The notes beneath the pieces are model-generated. The model saw only the letters and a list, made by a program, of their open reading frames with translations. It was not told where the DNA came from and did not search any database. Below, one piece after another: positions 26,560 to 40,100 of a stretch of DNA of 64,000 bases. Every line of letters begins with the position of its first letter. Within the stretch, counting starts at the first letter, position 1. The DNA is from Nymphaea colorata (Eukaryota). Where the stretch lies: contig NC_045138.2 of the NCBI RefSeq assembly GCF_008831285.2, forward strand, positions 38,254,001-38,318,000, in the 5' to 3' direction. A program made the position numbers and the translations under genes.

Positions 26560-29500
26560 ATGAAAGGGGGGAAAAGGCACAAGGAGATGCCTGCATATAA
26601 ATACATACTGGCCATGCAAATAAATTTATTAAATATATCCATTGATCTGTACATCCTTGTGACAGTTGTGACGGCGACCCCTTAAATTACATACCAGTAA
26701 CCTTCAATTCTTTTCTTTCATTGCCTGCACAGTTCTGCCTTTGTTTTGCCTTCCTTCACCTCCGACCCACTTTTTAAACATGTTTGCATTTCTTGCACTC
26801 ATTCTAAGTCCCTCCCCTCCTCTTTCCTCACCTCGCAAGAAAGCCTTTTTCTTCGCTAGAAAGACTTGCAGTTCTTTTCATTTCACAAAATGCAGTTCTT
26901 TTGCACCTCCTTCCTTTTCCTCTTCTTTTCTCATATTCTGATACTTTTTTCCTGCAAACGAAAAAGAATGTTAAATCAGCGAAGCGTAAAAGAAAGAAAA
27001 AAAAAATCAAGTCCTTCAGTAGGGTCACATGGCTGATTGTGATCAATCGTAAGAAAGCTAAAGTTGCCAACATCAGGTCAAATGCAACCAGATGTACCAG
27101 TCTGCTATTCACCAACAAAATGGGGCACATTTGTTATCTAGTCAGCCTTTTTGTAATGTTCTTTATAATATATAGTTCTTTTAAAGTTTTTTTTTTTCAT
27201 CCGAATTAATCTTTTTGGATTTTAAGATGGCAATCCGTGCATATCTGCACATGGGTGCTTTTCGATTTTTTTTTTTCTTTTTTCTTAAAGGCAAATTAGG
27301 CTTATGCAGATCCTACCAATTTAGACCCCCCTGGGGATTCGATGGCGGATCAGCTTCAACTTGAAGGTCTTAAGTCTGACTGTGTAGCTAAGTGGGCAAC
27401 AACTCTTATCTGAGTAAGATATAAAATTCAATCTTAGAAGAACATAATTTCCTTTAAGAAATTCTCCATTATATATATATATATAAGAATCCTCCAGGTG
27501 TTAATTGTTCTTGGCAAGAAACCATGCACGGTTGGTGATGCCTCTCAAACCATGCTTTATAAAGAGATTGGTGACAAAAGTCTTGGTGTGATAACTTGCA
27601 AGCATGTGCAACGCACTAAAATTAATTAAGAATGTAGAGTGACCATGTTCTTTCTTCCACAATAGTGCATATAATAAGTTTGCTTAGAGCATATAAATAT
27701 GATATGATAATCAGGCTATGATCTTTTGGTGCAAGACCCCGCTTTAAGGGTCCTACCGGAAAACTGTGAGACAGACTGAGCGAACCGGATTGGATACATG
27801 CCGATAGGATTTACGATCTTGTTCTATACTTCACCGTCTGAAATTGAGGCAGGATCAGGCGATTCTGATGGTTTCTCAGCCAATCCTGTTTGGGAGTGTG
27901 GTTGTGAACGGAATTCATGAAGTTGCTTTATCTGGAACTTTGAAGATCTTGAACTCGGTCACTTTTGTCTTGACTCCCAAACGCCATCCACATTAAGCTA
28001 AGATGAGGGAAACCTCAATTGGATACAAATCCCATTCTTTGCCAGATCTTCATGACTTGGGGAGCATGATCCTGTCAGGAATATATTATGCTTGTGAGGG
28101 TTAGAGGATCATAAAAGGTTTTTGCTTGCAGCGCTGGGGAAATGGACTTTCAAAAGTTGGATAAGTTGGGGCCTCAAGTTTTGGTAGCCTTCTTTATTGG
28201 GAATGGAATATTTTGAGCCACTTGACTTTTGGAAATAAATGAGGACATAGGTCCACTTCATCATACGTGGGCTCCTTCTAGAGAGAGAAAGAGAGAGATG
28301 GAGGAAGTTTCAATTATACAGTTCTTCATTACTATCATTAAGTGAAATCAGAATCACAGTGGGAAATTAAAAAATTTGATTTGGGTAGCCTACTCAAGGA
28401 CTGTTTTTATTAATTTTCTTGTTTTTAATCAATTGTTATAAATTTTCATTTACTTTTAAGTATTTTTTTCCGATTCACAGCCGAAACGGCTGAATCACTG
28501 AATCGGATGATTCACCTAATCGGCAGATATACCAATTCTATTCCATGACAGATTCTGATATCATTGATAATCATAGTTGATTTGAAATAATTCTGTTTGG
28601 ACTTGGAAAAGAACTCCATATGAATCTTCACAAAAACGAGGTCATTAGTCTTAATTGATTTAAGAGAACCGAAAGGGACGGTTTTGAGGGAACACCTTCT
28701 TTTGGCAGCACTTGAAAAAAGCAAGGGCTGTTTAATTGGACAAGTAAAAAGGTGAATTGCTAATTTATTGGATGGAAAGTGCTTTGGGTTCAATGTAGAA
28801 GTGACCATTTATTTATCCAATTTCTCTGGCATCAAACTTCATTTTTCTTTCTGAAAATTTCGTAGAAGCTCAGTCAACTATATTGTAAAGGTGCAACAAA
28901 AAATTACACAAAAAAATTGTATTTTTTTTTTCATTTAACCGCTTGAAAAAAAAATTTACATTAAATTCCAAATTTTGAGGGGGATAAAAATAAAAATTAA
29001 TAAAGTTTTTATATGGAAATAAAACAAGTTCCATGGCCGATGTGGGCAATTGCCCACATCAGCCACAATGTGGCTCCGCCATTAATAAACACACTATAAA
29101 GCCAAATTGCGTACGTTCGACATCTGGAATTTCTCTAGGATCTGAGTTCGCAAGAAAGACGGGGCAAGATACGATATCAAGGTTAATTTCCGATCCTATA
29201 TCTATAATACTCGCCGAAGGCCGCACTTGTTGTCGAAACTTCTCGGCGAAGTCTTCTTGCTTATCTTTTCATCGAGCAGTGCCTTTTCTTCCATCGCGAC
29301 GTGTGTCGCGTTTGAAGGAATTGAATGCGGCATAGTTGGATTGGGATACCATATTTCTTATCAATCTCAGTCACAAAACGTCAACACCTTTTTCTATAAT
29401 GATATAATATGATCGATGAATTTCCATAAGTTGGTATGATGTTATAAATCTGTATGTGACATTCTTAATCACTTATACTTACCAAATCGTAAAAAAATTT

Positions 29501-30647
29501 TCCATCTTTTTACTTAAAGATTGGCCAATTATCACTGAATCCTCCTCGTAGTGGATCTGCACTCCTGTTGGCCAAGAAAAGAAAACAATAAAATTCTGCC
29601 AATTTTTTACCGGAGATCGAAAAGTTTCGGCGGCATCTGAAGAACAGGCGTTGAGTAATTGTACTCTGATGCTTGATCGTCCAATAATGGTTGTGAACTT
29701 TCCGGCTTTCAGTGACAGTTTCACGTCCAATTCTCTGCTTCACAACCCTTGTGATTATGATAACAAGAGCTGTCTCTATTCACCAACTTGAAAGCACAGA
29801 GCAAAGACCTTACCACCGAAAAAAAAAAAGAATCATCAGATAAAAAGTTTCTCGAGGAAAAGCGTCTGAAACTGTACGACTCAATACGGTTGAAATCTGA
29901 TCTACTGGTGACAAAACATTCAAGATTAATGGTCCGTTCATATCTGAATCTACAGCCCTGTCATTTCATGAGAGCTAGAAGAGGTGGAAGATTCATTGAA
30001 AAGAAAAGCAACAAAAATGTTGATAAGATTTCAACCAGCTTTTATGAATAAAAGCTGCTTTTTAGTGGAGGCGAGGGAAGGGAAAGGGGGAGGGTCTCGA
30101 GGGACTATGTTATCCTCAACGCCACCCAGAAGAAAGCACGCTACCGTGTTATAGAGACTGCAGCCGTCCCCTAGTGGGAGGGTTTTCTTCTGCACACCTT
30201 TAGATGTTTCATCATCAACTCTGAGTCCCCATTCAAAAGGAAAACAAGATAATGGTCCTTCTAAAGAAAGGTAGATGTGGAACAGGAGGCCCTATCTAGC
30301 TAGGATTTGTTCCCAGAAAGCTGCAGAGATCTTGGTTGGTCACTTGAATGTTGGGATAAAAGCATGCAATTTTCAACTAGAAGATTGAATAAGATAATGA
30401 ATTCTAAGGTGAGGTATTTACGAGTTGATGAACTCAAAAATGACATCATAAAATTGCTACTCGGGTAGATGGGTATGTCAAATAAAGTTGCTAGTTCAAT
30501 TATAGTGGGTGCTACTTTCTTAAACTGTAAACGATGAGTTCATGACACTCTGTACCCTACCCTACCTAGTCTCAACTTAGCCCTACTACCTTGAACTTGA
30601 AGGTAAGACGAAAAGAAGAGAGGTTGGAGAGGAGAGAGGGGGGCTTC

Positions 30648-30860
30648 CAGTAGCGGATCTACTGTGTGACCGGTGTGGGCGAGACTGCCTATGCCAGTCC
30701 CTGAAATCTTGCATTTTAATTAAGTTAGACCTAGGTTCAGCTAGGTCCAATCGCATGTGGTGCCCACACCAGACTTAAGTCAGTGCCCTGCAATCACTCA
30801 TTCTCTTAAGTGAGAGATCGATTAGTGCCCCTCAACCAAAATTTTTTAACTCTGCCCTTG
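30648..30860. mobile_element. Degenerate hAT-type MITE (tentative)
   Basis: Ends CAGTAGCGGATCT ... AACTCTGCCCTTG resemble the common plant CAG(T/G)GGCGGA...TCCGCC(A/C)CTG MITE termini. No TSD recognisable. Confidence 0.35.
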
Positions 30861-32077
30861 GTGCGTGTCGGGTCTTTTTTGGGCAGTAGGTTGTTAACCT
30901 CTTGTCTTGCCCGAGTTTAGAAAGTTGGTCTTAACTCTTGCGATGTGATCACCCCCATGTTGCTGCCATTTAGAATCCTCATATTGTATTTAATGTATGA
31001 ATGGCTGATTGGGACTTATGCTTAATATATTGATCAAGTGTTGTAGGGATTAGGAATTCGTAGATATGGGGCCTTGGAAGTATGAGGCTCCATTCTTTAG
31101 AAATCAAGACTTTCTAGTGGGTCAGGATTGAGTACGGTCGACCTGTTGATTATGGATCCAACTAGACTGGTCTGGTAAACTAGAAAGGATACGGTGACTA
31201 CTAATTTGGATCTGGATTTGGTACGTAATCTCATCCAAGTCCAAAATGGCAACCAACATTCGAACTCGTTGAACCCATGTTTGATGTACAGCCCTAGGTT
31301 CTTAGCTGACTCCGACCTTAGTTTCCTTTCAGAAATCAGGATCCAAGTCCAAACCCGCTAGGAAAGACCTGATAGCCTTCAAGTGAACTCGGAGGACCAC
31401 GGTCCGACCTTAACCCGACCCGTCGATTTCACCATTTGCATTAAGACATGCAGTCCTACAATTTGGCAGTACTCGTTCATGCATTGGCTTTAGTTCTGGT
31501 ACCGATCAACGGATCTTTATGATCTTTTCCACCATGAAGATAAGAAAGTAAAACAAAAAGGGTTTTGTCCTTTGTTTTTTTTTTAAAGAGAAAATTGTAC
31601 ATTGTGGGGAGGGCTACTTTGACTCCACTTCGTGTTCTTACGTATGTGTGATATCTAAGTGTTGCTAATTGCTGCCCAAGAAGAAACGTACTACTTGAAT
31701 TTTGGTTTCTCTTTTTATGGCCTGGTTGGTGGTGTATCAAAAAAGTGGACATTGGAAGGCCAACATCAATGTCGATATGGCCACGAACAAAAAGGATGAA
31801 AGAAGTAAAAGACATGTCTCTAAGATGACACAGCGCATCGTCAGCAATGTTTGAACCGACAGACCAAATATGCATCTACGCACGCATGACTGTGTATGTG
31901 AACATTGAACCATAAATTTCATCATTCAAAAGGGCAGTTTAATTCATCATACACAAAGAGAAAGATGAAGATTTTCATTATTACTAGTACATACTTTTTT
32001 TCCTAGCTTTTTATCTTAATCCATCCAACATCATGATGAATCAAACGACTCTTATGAATAAGCTAAGCGACTCTGAA

Positions 32078-32150
32078 TAGGCGGAGTTACCATTCACTCA
32101 CCATGTATATATATATATATATATATATAGGCGGAGTTACCATTCACTCA

Positions 32151-32197
<47 letters not shown>

Positions 32198-32216
32198 CGG
32201 AGTTACCATTCACTCA

Positions 32217-32270
<54 letters not shown>

Positions 32271-32320
32271 CTATGAATCGAGAGAGTTACCATTCACTCA
32301 CTATATATATATATATGTAT
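32078..32320. repeat. Compound minisatellite: 25-bp unit + variable (AT)n, four copies
   Basis: TAGGCGGAGTTACCATTCACTCACC followed by (AT)n at ~32078, ~32128 and ~32194, with a partial copy (GAGTTACCATTCACTCAC) at ~32284. Confidence 0.9.
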
Positions 32321-33846
32321 ATTATTGTTTATTTTATGTGTTCATGAGGTTATTGTAAACCTCTTGCAAGAACCGTCGAACGTTTCCTTTTTTTGGGTTA
32401 CAATGGAAGTCTTTGAAACCTGCCCTTTAGAAAGATACAAGAAGGCGACAGGTTAGATTGCATAATAGTTAGTCGCAATTATTTCATTTCTCTAAAATTA
32501 GTTCACAAAATTAGGAGGCCTAGATGATCAAATTTGATGAACAATACCTTCTATTTCATCTTTTCAAGTGACTATATCACCCACCCCAAGGGGTTGTAGC
32601 GCACTGGTGCAGGGGAAGTGCTCCATCCACTATGAACTATTTGGGTTATCCCAAAAAATTATAATAACCAAGATTTTAGCATATTGAGAGGCGTCAAGGG
32701 ACAGGAGGAGTTAGCCATACTGAGAAAAGAAGACTTTTCAAAATCAATGGAACGTTCTCTTCTGAAGCCATGAAAGAGCATCTCTACAAGGAAGCATTGC
32801 CTTTGCATTATAAAGCCAACGCACTAGGCTTTCTTAAGGTTTACCTGCAATGCCAAGATAACCAAGTTTCTGTTCAAAACTTGTGTATATCGATCTACCC
32901 CATGACGTTGAAATCTGAAAGGGAATCCCTTTCTTAAGAGATTGGCCTCTTTCCCACGAACCAAAGGCGAGATTAACTTTTCCCAGCTGACGTGATGAAA
33001 GTGACCCTGCTGCTCCCTCTTTTTCCGCTTCCATAATTGACAATGTTATGACTCTTCGTTTCAAAACTTTTATACGTGGAATTGGAGTCATACTCGGAAA
33101 GTGGAACCATGACTGATGATTTCCCTCAGAAAAGAAGGAAAAAAAAAAGATGAGTCATGCTTATAAAAGCCAGTTTGTGAATCGAATTAGAGGAAGTGTC
33201 GATTCAGTGAATTGGCCGTTCCAGTTGAATCGTTTGTGAATCAGTTAAAAACATTCAAATATTAATAATTCTAAAAATATACAAATAAACGTAGAAAGAA
33301 TAATTCAAAATTACAATATTTTAAAAATAACTAAAAATTGACACGGGCAAGCCATGAAATCGAAACTGCTTGTCATCAGTTTTATTCAGACCGATTATGA
33401 CAGAACTGATTCTTATCATACGCAGGACAATCAAGCTTTTGGTGATCATGAAATCCAAGATTTTGTTTACTTTCTGACCTTGAAAATGAGAGAAGAAACC
33501 GATTGGAATATGTCTGACTATTTTCACCAGATTTTGAGGTGAAAGTAGCATAGCCCTAGTGTGAACAATTCTAATAATGTTAAAACATAGCAAATGGACA
33601 CACCTTACCATCTGTCTCTATATTATTCTTATTATTATTATTATATTACTTTTCATCAAGGGGTGTTTAATGAGGCGGGGATTATGTTTCCTATTTTTCA
33701 TAAAATGAGATCAATTGCATTATCAAACAAAAATTTTTGGATTCCAAAATTATACTTTCATTCTCGAATAAAAAATCCGGAATTGTAATTCCAAAATTTT
33801 AGATTATACAGAAAGAATGATAACCAGTCGAAGGCCGCGCCGACGG

Positions 33847-34167
33847 TTAAGATCTCATCTGCGCCCACGACGCCTGCTCATCCAACGACGGCAGCTCCAG
33901 GAGCCACCTGAAGTCGTCCGCCGTCCAATTCTCCATCTTCACCGGACCAACACCATTGATGCAGTCTTCTTTTGCCCTCATCAATCCTTCCTCATGGAAC
34001 TCCATTGCTGTCCCTCTGTTTGCCGCCGGTCTCTTCGTCGAGCTGCCGCTCACCGGCGCATCTTTTCCGGTCAGATTCTGAACGGTTGCCTTGAAATTCT
34101 GGGGATCTGTCTGCACGAACTCGGTGAGGATGACTCTCACCAGAGGCTTCTTCCCTCTCTTAGCCAT
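33847..34167 (-). CDS. VQ-motif-containing protein (VQ1/VQ10-like, 106 aa, intronless)
   Basis: MAKRGKKPLVRVILTEFVQTDPQNFKATVQNLTGK contains the FxxxVQxLTG motif, preceded by the typical hydrophobic/TD segment. TATA-like CTATATAG on the - strand at ~34430-34437. Confidence 0.9.
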   Translation of the reverse strand: MAKRGKKPLVRVILTEFVQTDPQNFKATVQNLTGKDAPVSGSSTKRPAANRGTAMEFHEEGLMRAKEDCINGVGPVKMENWTADDFRWLLELPSLDEQASWAQMRS

Positions 34168-36926
34168 GACCGCCAACGCAGAGTGCACGAGCGTAGGGTA
34201 GAGACCTTGATCTCTGATCGCCGACGTCTGCCTGAAAGGAGGGAAGGGAAGAAGTTGATATGGTTCGAATCCGGTGGTAGTGAGTCTTGAAATAGGGTAG
34301 AGAGCTTCATCTCTGAACGCCGATGTTCTCTCTACCCCACTTCCTGAAGGATTGGTTGCTACGCAAAGGCCCTTCCAACTTCAGAATATTTCACTTATGC
34401 CATTTCTTTCCTTCCAGAAAGAACCTGCTCTATATAGAAGGAGCCACCAGATTTGAAGATATTACACGTTTGCCATTCCTGTCCAATACAAACAGGTGAT
34501 GGCATTATGGCAATCTCAACTTTTTTCCCAACAAAAAAAACTGCCTAATCTGTTTACATCAAATTAAACCGATTATTAGAAAAATAAAAGAGAATAATAA
34601 ATCTAACTTTGAGAATTTGGTAATACGTTATTCGGTCTTGAGAAAGGGAGTGGCATCTCAGCAGTTTATTTAGGAGATATTGGGCATAAAAGAAATTTTA
34701 CGCAGCGAGTTATTGACTGCTGACCATCGTTTTGGTCAAACTTTTAGGGTCTTCTGTTGAGCAGCAAGTTTGACCGAAGGGGGACAAAGAAGTGCTGCCC
34801 GAGCCTGACCTGGCCAGCCGGGCCCATATTCGATCCGGTCAAACAAACAATTCTCAAGTCTCCAAGCGCTTCAACGGAGTTTGCATCTCAGACCCAGCGC
34901 TCAACATCGTCAATTTCTCTTTCTCCTTCATTAAAAGTCCTGTAGCAGCAAAAAAAAATTCGAAATTTTAAAAAATTTCCGGTTCGATCAAACACGGATT
35001 TTTTTTCGGAGCCGTTAAAACATGTTTCCACCGCGAGGGGTGGAAACATATTTCCGTTTTTTTTTTTTCACGGGCTCGCGTCTTCCTCCTGCAGCTGCTT
35101 CATCGTGCGGCTGCTTCATCGTTACCTGCTGTTGCTTCATCGTGCGTGGTCTCTTCTGGAAACATTTATCCTCGGCGTTGTGGAACTGCCAGAGCGGGAC
35201 GGAGCTTGATGACCCCCTTCGGTTTAAAACTCGGCGTTGTGGCACTGTGCATCCTGTTTCTGTATCTGCAACTCTTCTTAGGAAAACGACCGAGTGAGTG
35301 AGACCCGTCATCATCTTTCTCCGTCCCTCTGTTATTTTCTGTATTCCGCTTCTTTTTGTTGGCAGAAAAAAGCGTGTCCTGTTTTTCTTTCCATATCTGC
35401 ATTGTTTTTAGCTCTGGTTTGATCAATAATTTATAAGAAAAGGAAAAAATTATTCCTTTTTTCTTTCGCTCTTTTCTTTTTGGTTTCCTATTTGTGGCTT
35501 AGTGTCATCTTGCATTATTGAGGTCATATCCCATCTCTGTTTCTGGCATTCCTGTTCCCGTCTCGATTGATTAACGAGTGCCCAGCTCAGTATTTTTCTT
35601 TTGTGGTTGATGTTGTTGTTTTTGTTGTTGTAGTGTTGATTATTCTAGGAACTGGAGTTTCCTAATTTATAAAAGTATATTGGGCAAAAAGTGTCGCCTG
35701 CCTTGCGTTTTCGCCTGCATCTCAGTCGATTTAAGGAGCACCCGCTTTGGGTTTTTTGCATTTTCTGCCTTATACCATCATTTTAGGAGTTGGGTTTGCG
35801 GAACCCATCATGAATAGGTTTCGTTGAAGGGATGCTTGTTGAGGTACAGGTGGGGAGAGAGAGTTCACAGTTATGATCAAAGAGATATTGTTTATGGGTT
35901 TGTTATTGTTTAGTCTTCTCTTTTTGGTTTTTTGGCAATACAGAGAAATCAGTTTCTGGAATTCTGGGGCTAGGGCGTACATGTTTAGAAGGAAACACTA
36001 CTTAAGGACATTGGTTGACAACTGCTTCTGTTTACGGCTATCTGCGTTTAGTTGCCTTCATTCTTCTTCCCCTGTAAGGAAACCAGAAACCCTCTTCGTT
36101 GGTCTCCCTTGTATAACTTGAAGAATATGATATGTGATATGCAGTTGTGGCTGTCTACCTTCAGAATTGGTAAGTTAAATGCTTGATGTCATATGGACCC
36201 TTTCTTTCTTCTTGCATGTTTTCTGTTTTCATTTCCAATGAAGGTTGCTGGGAGATAGCTCCCACCTTTTCATTCCATATGAATTTATTTGCATCATAAA
36301 ATGGGGATGCTGCTGAGCATCAGAAACCAGGAACAGAATTCCCCAAAACAACTATATGGATGAACAGCATCACCAACATGACATGCGACACAACACAATA
36401 TATCCTAATCAACCCAAGCAATCTGTTAAGAAGCGTCATGTCGGCTAAGTCTCTTCTATCCCCAACTTCAGCTCTCTCCAACAGTGGCACTACTGTCTTC
36501 ATAGTCCATTGACCCATAAAGTCATGGAAAAATCGTTATAGTAATTGTGACCTTTTGCAGGAAAGTTTTTCAAACTGTTTAATCCATGCAAGCTGAACAT
36601 TAACACGATTAAGCATGACCTAAATCTATTAGGTTTCATATGGACGTGTTGTGCATTTTCTGTTTTTGTTTTTTATTATACTTTAACAGAATGCAATTTT
36701 TTTTATTTGTGGTGTCTGTGCTCTTACTGAGTGTGTATAACAGTGTCTCTGGGATTTTTTTGAAGATATACATGTACCAAATGATGCTCTTCCACAGCCA
36801 TCTAAATTGTACGGACCAATTGCTCTTATGATCTCCTTTATCTACTGAAAGAATCAATGTAGTCCTTGTAATACTCTTAATCTGCTTTTCATCTGTGATG
36901 CACTTTTCTGCATTTTTATGTTGCAG

Positions 36927-37177
36927 GAATGATGATGGCTTGTGGGTTTGGGCTTTGGAAGTTGATGGTGAGACAGTAGATCTGGTACTGCAACCAGGTG
37001 AAGAGGTCAGGTTGTCAGTGCTATCATTAAAATTCAGCCACATTCATCTAGGTGTATGACTCATTACTTTGCTTCATATTTTCAGGTACGTTTTCGTGTT
37101 ACTGGTGTGAAATATATCCTCCCATCCCAATTGAGCAGGAAACAGCCACAAAACCATTTTCTCCTATGCTGATCACT
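36927..37177 (+). pseudogene. Two-exon fragment of RNA polymerase III subunit RPC25/RPC8 (NRPC7), frameshifted
   Basis: Exon 36927-37005: NDDGLWVWALEVDGETVDLVLQPGEE. Exon 37086-37177: VRFRVTGVKY/PPIPIEQETATKPFSPMLIT, with an apparent 2-bp insertion (TATAT). AG/GT borders intact. Matches the recalled C-terminal half of plant RPC25; I could not find the other exons. Confidence 0.75.
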
Positions 37178-40100
37178 GTAAGTTTATATTTACTCTTATG
37201 AGCAGTATATTAGAGGATTTATCTGTGATCAATGCTTGAATTTCTTGTGGTATATCAAGCATTGCAAGCTTTTGTCTACAGATATCAATGGTTCATATGT
37301 AATCTAGATTGAGCATGAACCCACATTCAAGTAGTCGGAGCCGTAATTGGATTTGGTTTGTGCTGATTGTAATTGGATTAACGCTGGAGCACCAGACACT
37401 AAGAGTGGTTGAGGTGCGGACCAGCTAAGTAGACTTGGATTCAGATTTACTCCAATAACACTTGAAATAATAAAATAAAAAATTTATAATGTCTCCATTG
37501 ATATCTTAAGGACTGAAATTTTAGCTCTTCAAGAGTGTATGCATCTTTTTCATAAATGACATACATTCATCTCTAGAGTTGAATGTTGAGATTAGATGAA
37601 ATAATTTCATAGGATTTTCATTACTATTTAATTATATTATTGAGAATTAATAGTTGTAATAAAAATATTTATATGATAATGATGTATGAAATCACGACTA
37701 GAATGTGATCTTTTCACAAAATAACATTCACCTAAAGTTGCTATGCAAACAGTGGTCATATCGAATCCCATGCTTCGAAGTTTGTCATTCAACATAATTC
37801 ATTTACTATTGTAATTTATATTCATTAATTTGTTTCATGAATGATGAGTCACACAGCTCTTATTATTCCTTCCTTCCTGCCACCTTGTACACCAAATTGA
37901 CCCGCCAGGCCGTCGGTCCATTGATTAAAAATTTAAAAAATAAAAATAGTTAAATAAAACTTCAAAATATATTTAAAAGTCATTAAAAGTCTCACCAATA
38001 TACAAGATGGGCAGTTGGGTTCGCACTTCTGACTCTAATCACCAAATATTTTAAAATATATTTTTTAAAAATTTAAATGGATATAATAATTCATTTAAAT
38101 AAACAAAGTTTATAAATCATACACAAAATCAAATATAAGAAAACACTTCTCAACCGTTATTTATTATGTTAGGAGGGCTTTCCTTTTTTCCCGCCGAATT
38201 CCCTTTAGGTAGCGTTTGATGCATTGGAAATGTACTATTCAACCGGAAAATTAATTCAAATTTTTTAAAAAAATTCCTTCCCATCAAACAAGGGAAGGAA
38301 AAAATAGCCGTTGAACCCATTTCCGGCTATTTTTTTTCAGAAACTTTTTTCCGCCTGAGAGACGGAAAAAAATTTCTTCAAATATTTTTCAGCCCGTTGG
38401 GCTTCTCGGCGCGTCTCTCTCCTCGTCTTCCTCTTCTCATCCTTCGCAGCTGCCTCACCCTGCTCATCCTCTGCACCCTCACCCTCACCCTCACCCTCTC
38501 ACTCTCTCACTGGAAACCCTCGCTCGAAACCCTTGCGTCTTTTTTTCACCCAACCTGCCTTCATGAAGCCTTTCCCCTTCTCTCCCTGCTGCTACCTCAG
38601 ACGCATCTGTCCCCTTCTCTCCCTACTGCTACCTCAGATGCATCCGTCCCCAACACAGCCTTCAGACCAGGGGCTTGATTTGGGCATCTCCTCAGCAGCG
38701 CAGTGTATAACAGGGGTGAAAGGTATGTCTCTCTCTCAATCTCTTCCTCTGCCGTTTTCTCACCGTCCATTGCAGCCTATGTTTATGCATTCCTTTGTAG
38801 GTTTTGAAGTGTGAATCTCCTGATCACTTGTTGATGCATCCTGATCAATTGTTGATGCATCCTGGAATCCTGTTACAATTGATTGGAGAACGATATTTTG
38901 GTTCTAATTTTGAAAAACCCTTTCATGACAGTTCATGATATTTGTGTTCCTCGTTCCCCTATTTACTGTTAGTTGCTTCCCTTTTTACTGTTAGTCGTTT
39001 CCCTTTTATGCTTGCTTGTAGTCATTCCTTGTTGGAGCAGACACCAAGTATGATATATCTTAACCCATCACATAGCTAGGTTCCACTCAGGCCTTAGAGA
39101 AAAGTTACAGAGTGGCATTTGGTTGTTTTAGATCAATTCTCTCACACACACTCTCTATCTCCCCTTGTTCCTGTCATCCTATTTTGGGTTTTTCGGTCCA
39201 AACGTGAGCTTCTATGAACTTTCATTTTTCAAATGGGGAGTTTTTAAGGGGAAATGGTATTCCTAAGGAAACCTTTCAGGAGCCCTCTCTGTGTCCCTCT
39301 GACCACCATTATGGTGGAGTCTCCAGCGAAACTGACGATAAGCTCCCCTATTTTGAGGCAGTAACCGGCAACCAAAGATGCAAGATTCTGTGGAGTATAT
39401 AAGTTTTTCAAGGCTGATTAAAATCTTTACTGTAGATTGTTCTTAAATCCTCTGACATTTATAGGGTGTTAGAGTCCATCCTACTTGAAGAGCAGACATC
39501 CGGAGATGTGGAATTGTAGGCCCAAATTGTTGAGCTCGTCTGTGATGCCAAGTTAACATTTTCACCCAAAACTGACCCCAACTCTCTGTTTGACAGGTCT
39601 CAACGCACCCGATACCTTTCATGGTTCACCTCTTAAGAAAGCTATTAACCTGGAAATTTGTAGTGTGAGATATATATATATATATATGAGCTTCTCTGAA
39701 AATTTTTAATTTGGGTCTATTTTCAGGTTCTTTCTCATATATGTGTGTGTATGTTTGTGTGAGTGAGAGAAGGAGAGAGTTAACGTAAGCAGCTAAGTCT
39801 GCTGCATGGTGATAAGCATGAGGCATGTTTGGACCTTACCTGCTATACTCCCCAAATAGGTGAATGTTTGTTCCAGTGACATACTGAAATATGAAAAAGG
39901 AACAAGTTGTTGGCTCACCTCTTGCAGACAATTATTCCGGTTATTGCAGTAACTTATTACGGTGCAGCAGACTTAGCTGAAAATAGACCCAAATGGAACA
40001 AACATTGAAAACAGCTTATTCTAAATTTTCTAGTATATAAATTCTTGCTGCTGTCTGTAATCTGTATGTGAAAATGTCTCTGATTTTTCTCTTAACGGTG

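Noticed and set aside
27780..28250. Possible RNase H-like/LINE remnant (LNVDG on the - strand)
   Set aside because: Only a 5-residue resemblance followed by stops; insufficient support.
32078..32320. CRISPR-like repeat-spacer appearance
   Set aside because: Spacers are (AT)n microsatellite, the context is eukaryotic and there are no cas genes.
33817..34290. 157-aa + strand ORF
   Set aside because: Antisense shadow of the GC-rich VQ coding sequence.
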